Positions 56,544 through 59,077 of a DNA stretch of 59,077 nucleotides are shown here, piece after piece. Source of the stretch: an uncultured virus (IMG/VR IMGVR_UViG_3300042308_001600). Its lineage: Duplodnaviria > Heunggongvirae > Uroviricota > Caudoviricetes. The notes under the pieces were generated by a model. It ran no database searches and was not told where the DNA came from. It was given only the letters and a program-made list of their open reading frames with translations. A program made the position numbers and the translations under genes. The first letter of the stretch is position 1; each line of letters opens with the position of its first letter. Location: IMG/VR virus record IMGVR_UViG_3300042308_001600, positions 62,001 to 121,077 of that record, one strand, 5' to 3'.

Positions 56544-59044
56544 ACGGTAAGCATCACCTTCTTCTGCAAGGCCGGCAGGATTTCAACACAATGATCGCAG
56601 ACGATCACCTGACACTCCTTGCGCTGCAGCACAGCCTGCAGGTCCTCTAGCATGTCCCGGAACCCCTCGCGGGAGGCGGGGTCCAAATGGGTTGTCGGTT
56701 CGTCGAGAACCAGCAAGCCCACATCCGGGATCACAATCTCCTGCAGGGCCAGCAGGAATGCCACGGCCATCTTGACCCGCTGCCCGCCGGACAACTGTGT
56801 TTGTGGCATCCATTCGGATGGTTCGTCGGTGCGCTGGAACTCGAAGTCCAGCACCCCACCACCTTTCCGGACTGTGAAGTTCGCATCCATGCGAGTCAGA
56901 TGCGGCCCCAGGACCAGCATCAGTCGGGCGTAGATACCATCCAAGTACAGCTTTGAGATACCCTCACGCCCAAAGGCTTGGCTGAGTTTGTCCATTTGCT
57001 CTGCTGCGAGCAGCTTATGCGTGGACTGCCGCTGCAGATCTTCCAGGTCTCCTTGGCGGCGCTGCAGTTCGGTGATGTCACGCTGCACCTCCTGCTGAAC
57101 CGCCGTGAGCTCGCTTCGCTTGTTGGCGTGCGCCTGCTCTGCCTCCAGCTGCGAGAGAATGTCCTGCATGGTGCCGCTGAACGTGATACCAGCACGAGCC
57201 GTGCTCAGTTTCGCCTGGGCTTGCTCCACACGCAGCAAGGCCTCCTGCATCTGTTGTCTCTGCAAGGCAAGGTTGTGCAGAGCTGTTGCGCAGCTCTCCA
57301 ACTGGCGTTTGTTGAGATTGCAAGCCTCCCGCACGCCCGTCAACGTGTTGCGCGTCTGATCCGGATCAAGCAACATCAGCTCACGGAAGTCAGCGTGTTC
57401 ACGCCAGTGCGCAAAACCGCCCTGCGTCGTCTGCAGGTCCCGGAGCAGGTTTTGACGGCGCTGTTGTTCTGCTGCGCTCTGGGAACCCCGGGAGGTCAGC
57501 TCCATCAACGCCGCGCCCAAGCGCAGCTTCTCTTGCTCTGCGGCGTCTGGAGCCCCCGTCAGTTCGCCAAGTTCGCAGAGAGATCGTTTAAGTTCTTCCA
57601 GCTCCCTCGATGTGATCGCCCGAGTTTGCTCAAGGTTTGCCAGGTCCGTGGTGGTGCGCGTCGCCTCCAGTCTGAACGTCCGCTCATCCGCGTCGTATTC
57701 CGTCCGTTTACGCTGCAGATCCTGTATCAGCTTGGCCGCAGTTGCACGGTCCCAATGGCTCAGGTCGCCTTGGCACACAGGGCAGCTTGTCAGGTTGTGG
57801 TCTGCGGCGGTGCTCAGGAGTCGCGTCAAAATGTCTATCTGCATGCGTTCCAGGGCCTGATTTGGGTCGGCTCGGTGTTCTGCCAGTTTTGCTTGCGCCA
57901 GCTCCGCCGCCTGGCGTGCGTCCGCCTCTTCGCTTACCAGCTCCGCGAGTCGCTGCTCGAGGCGCTGTATTCCAGTACGGTAATTGGCTCCGCGCGTAAG
58001 CCGTGCATGCAGTTGCTCCGCGGCGGACAGCTTCGCCTGTGTCTCGGCGTATTGCCGGCGCAGATCTTCCAAGGCCTGCGTATTATCAGGCGGCATGTCT
58101 TTTGCTGCCTCCTCAGCCGCGGCCAGCCCCTTCAGTGCAATCTGGAAAGCTACGGCGTCGGTCAGCAACTTTTCCAACCGTTGAACCTCCGCGCGGTTGT
58201 GCTCCAAGTCAGCCTGGGCACTCTTGGTCATATCTGTGTGCTGTTGCATCTCGTGCTCCAAGACACGCTGCCGCACAGCCAGATCCCCCAGGCGGGTCAG
58301 CGAATGTTGCGCCGCCTCCAGGGCACCGGCTTCCCGTTCGACGTTCACAAGCAGCTGCCACTGCTGTGAAAGATGACGCAGTCTGACACTGTTGTCCGGG
58401 CAGCCGTCCAGGTCATTCATGATTGCCCGGAATCGTGAACTCTTCTGTTCCAAGAGTGTGGCGATATCCTGCAGGGCGGGTCCGTGGTCGTACACGTCAG
58501 TGCGCAAGATTGCAGCCTGGGTGGAGGCGGCCTTGGACACAAGGTCCAGGTGGGCACAGCCTACCATGCGCAGGAAGGACTTCTCACGTTCCGATTGCTT
58601 CCCAAACAGAACGTCGTCGAGGTGGCCCTGTTTGACGAACACGCAGTCCATGACGGACCGCTTGTCGGCGTTGAGGATGTCCTGCATGACTGAATCAACC
58701 TCAGCCGCGGATGTGATTTTGCGACCATCCCATGTGAGCTCGCGCCCGGACGTGGTCTTGGTGATCTTGCGTGTGATGGAACCCTGTTTGCCGTCTTTCA
58801 CGAACTCCATGGTCACAGAGGCTGTGCCGTGCTTCCCGCCGTCCCGCATGTACGTACTTGCCTTTACTTTACCGTCCGCATCGGTGGTGCCGAAGTCGCC
58901 CGTGAAGGCATACCGGATCGCATTCAGGAGTGTGGATTTACCTGCACCATTTTCACCCAGCACACCGACAACCGGTGCGCCCATGTCACAAACTAGGTCC
59001 GCATGACGGCCCAGCTGCTTGAGATGTACTTTTGTTACTTGCAT
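56540..59044 (-). CDS. sbcC: SbcC/Rad50-like ATPase
   Basis: GENGAGKS, Q-loop VKQG, coiled coil with CPVC zinc hook, LSGGQ, LLVLDEPTTHLD. Confidence 0.93.
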   Translation of the reverse strand: MQVTKVHLKQLGRHADLVCDMGAPVVGVLGENGAGKSTLLNAIRYAFTGDFGTTDADGKVKASTYMRDGGKHGTASVTMEFVKDGKQGSITRKITKTTSGRELTWDGRKITSAAEVDSVMQDILNADKRSVMDCVFVKQGHLDDVLFGKQSEREKSFLRMVGCAHLDLVSKAASTQAAILRTDVYDHGPALQDIATLLEQKSSRFRAIMNDLDGCPDNSVRLRHLSQQWQLLVNVEREAGALEAAQHSLTRLGDLAVRQRVLEHEMQQHTDMTKSAQADLEHNRAEVQRLEKLLTDAVAFQIALKGLAAAEEAAKDMPPDNTQALEDLRRQYAETQAKLSAAEQLHARLTRGANYRTGIQRLEQRLAELVSEEADARQAAELAQAKLAEHRADPNQALERMQIDILTRLLSTAADHNLTSCPVCQGDLSHWDRATAAKLIQDLQRKRTEYDADERTFRLEATRTTTDLANLEQTRAITSRELEELKRSLCELGELTGAPDAAEQEKLRLGAALMELTSRGSQSAAEQQRRQNLLRDLQTTQGGFAHWREHADFRELMLLDPDQTRNTLTGVREACNLNKRQLESCATALHNLALQRQQMQEALLRVEQAQAKLSTARAGITFSGTMQDILSQLEAEQAHANKRSELTAVQQEVQRDITELQRRQGDLEDLQRQSTHKLLAAEQMDKLSQAFGREGISKLYLDGIYARLMLVLGPHLTRMDANFTVRKGGGVLDFEFQRTDEPSEWMPQTQLSGGQRVKMAVAFLLALQEIVIPDVGLLVLDEPTTHLDPASREGFRDMLEDLQAVLQRKECQVIVCDHCVEILPALQKKVMLTV

Positions 59045-59077
59045 GGCTTTTGCTCGAACTTTATCCAACGTCCGGTG

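Noticed and set aside
295..59006. Long plus-strand ORFs (e.g. 26233..27399, 33105..34232, 37344..38825, 56978..58369)
   Set aside because: Antisense shadows of minus-strand genes in GC-rich DNA, with no recognisable motifs
1..59077. Stop-codon recoding
   Set aside because: Genes tile densely under code 11, and TAA, TAG and TGA all end genes
1..59077. Bacterial chromosome or prophage
   Set aside because: No housekeeping operons or integrase seen; single-strand gene packing, fragmented RpoB and a phage-type replication set argue for a lytic phage

Overview
This 59 kb window looks like a segment of a large, probably jumbo, dsDNA bacteriophage genome. It is GC-rich by eye, uses the standard code, and essentially all real genes lie on the minus strand with tight start/stop overlaps. 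The right part (~32-59 kb) is a replication/recombination module: SbcC/Rad50 ATPase, a TIM-barrel protein, an orphan RAMP/Cas7-like protein abutting an SF2 helicase, DnaB-like helicase, a wHTH protein, primase, antirepressor-like protein, UDG-domain-fused family A DNA polymerase, an FG-repeat protein, RecA-like ATPase and RecQ. The left part (~1-31 kb) holds a phage multisubunit RNA polymerase whose beta subunit is split into three collinear genes (the last fused to a beta-prime N-terminal piece), a probable portal, glycine-zipper virion-like proteins with recurrent K-x-A motifs, and small accessory genes. Non-coding highlights are a recurring bipartite promoter-like motif, a hairpin-dense ~330 nt candidate ncRNA directly downstream of one copy, and an AT-rich palindromic island. 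No CRISPR array or tRNA was found. All product calls come from motif recognition by eye, not database searches.
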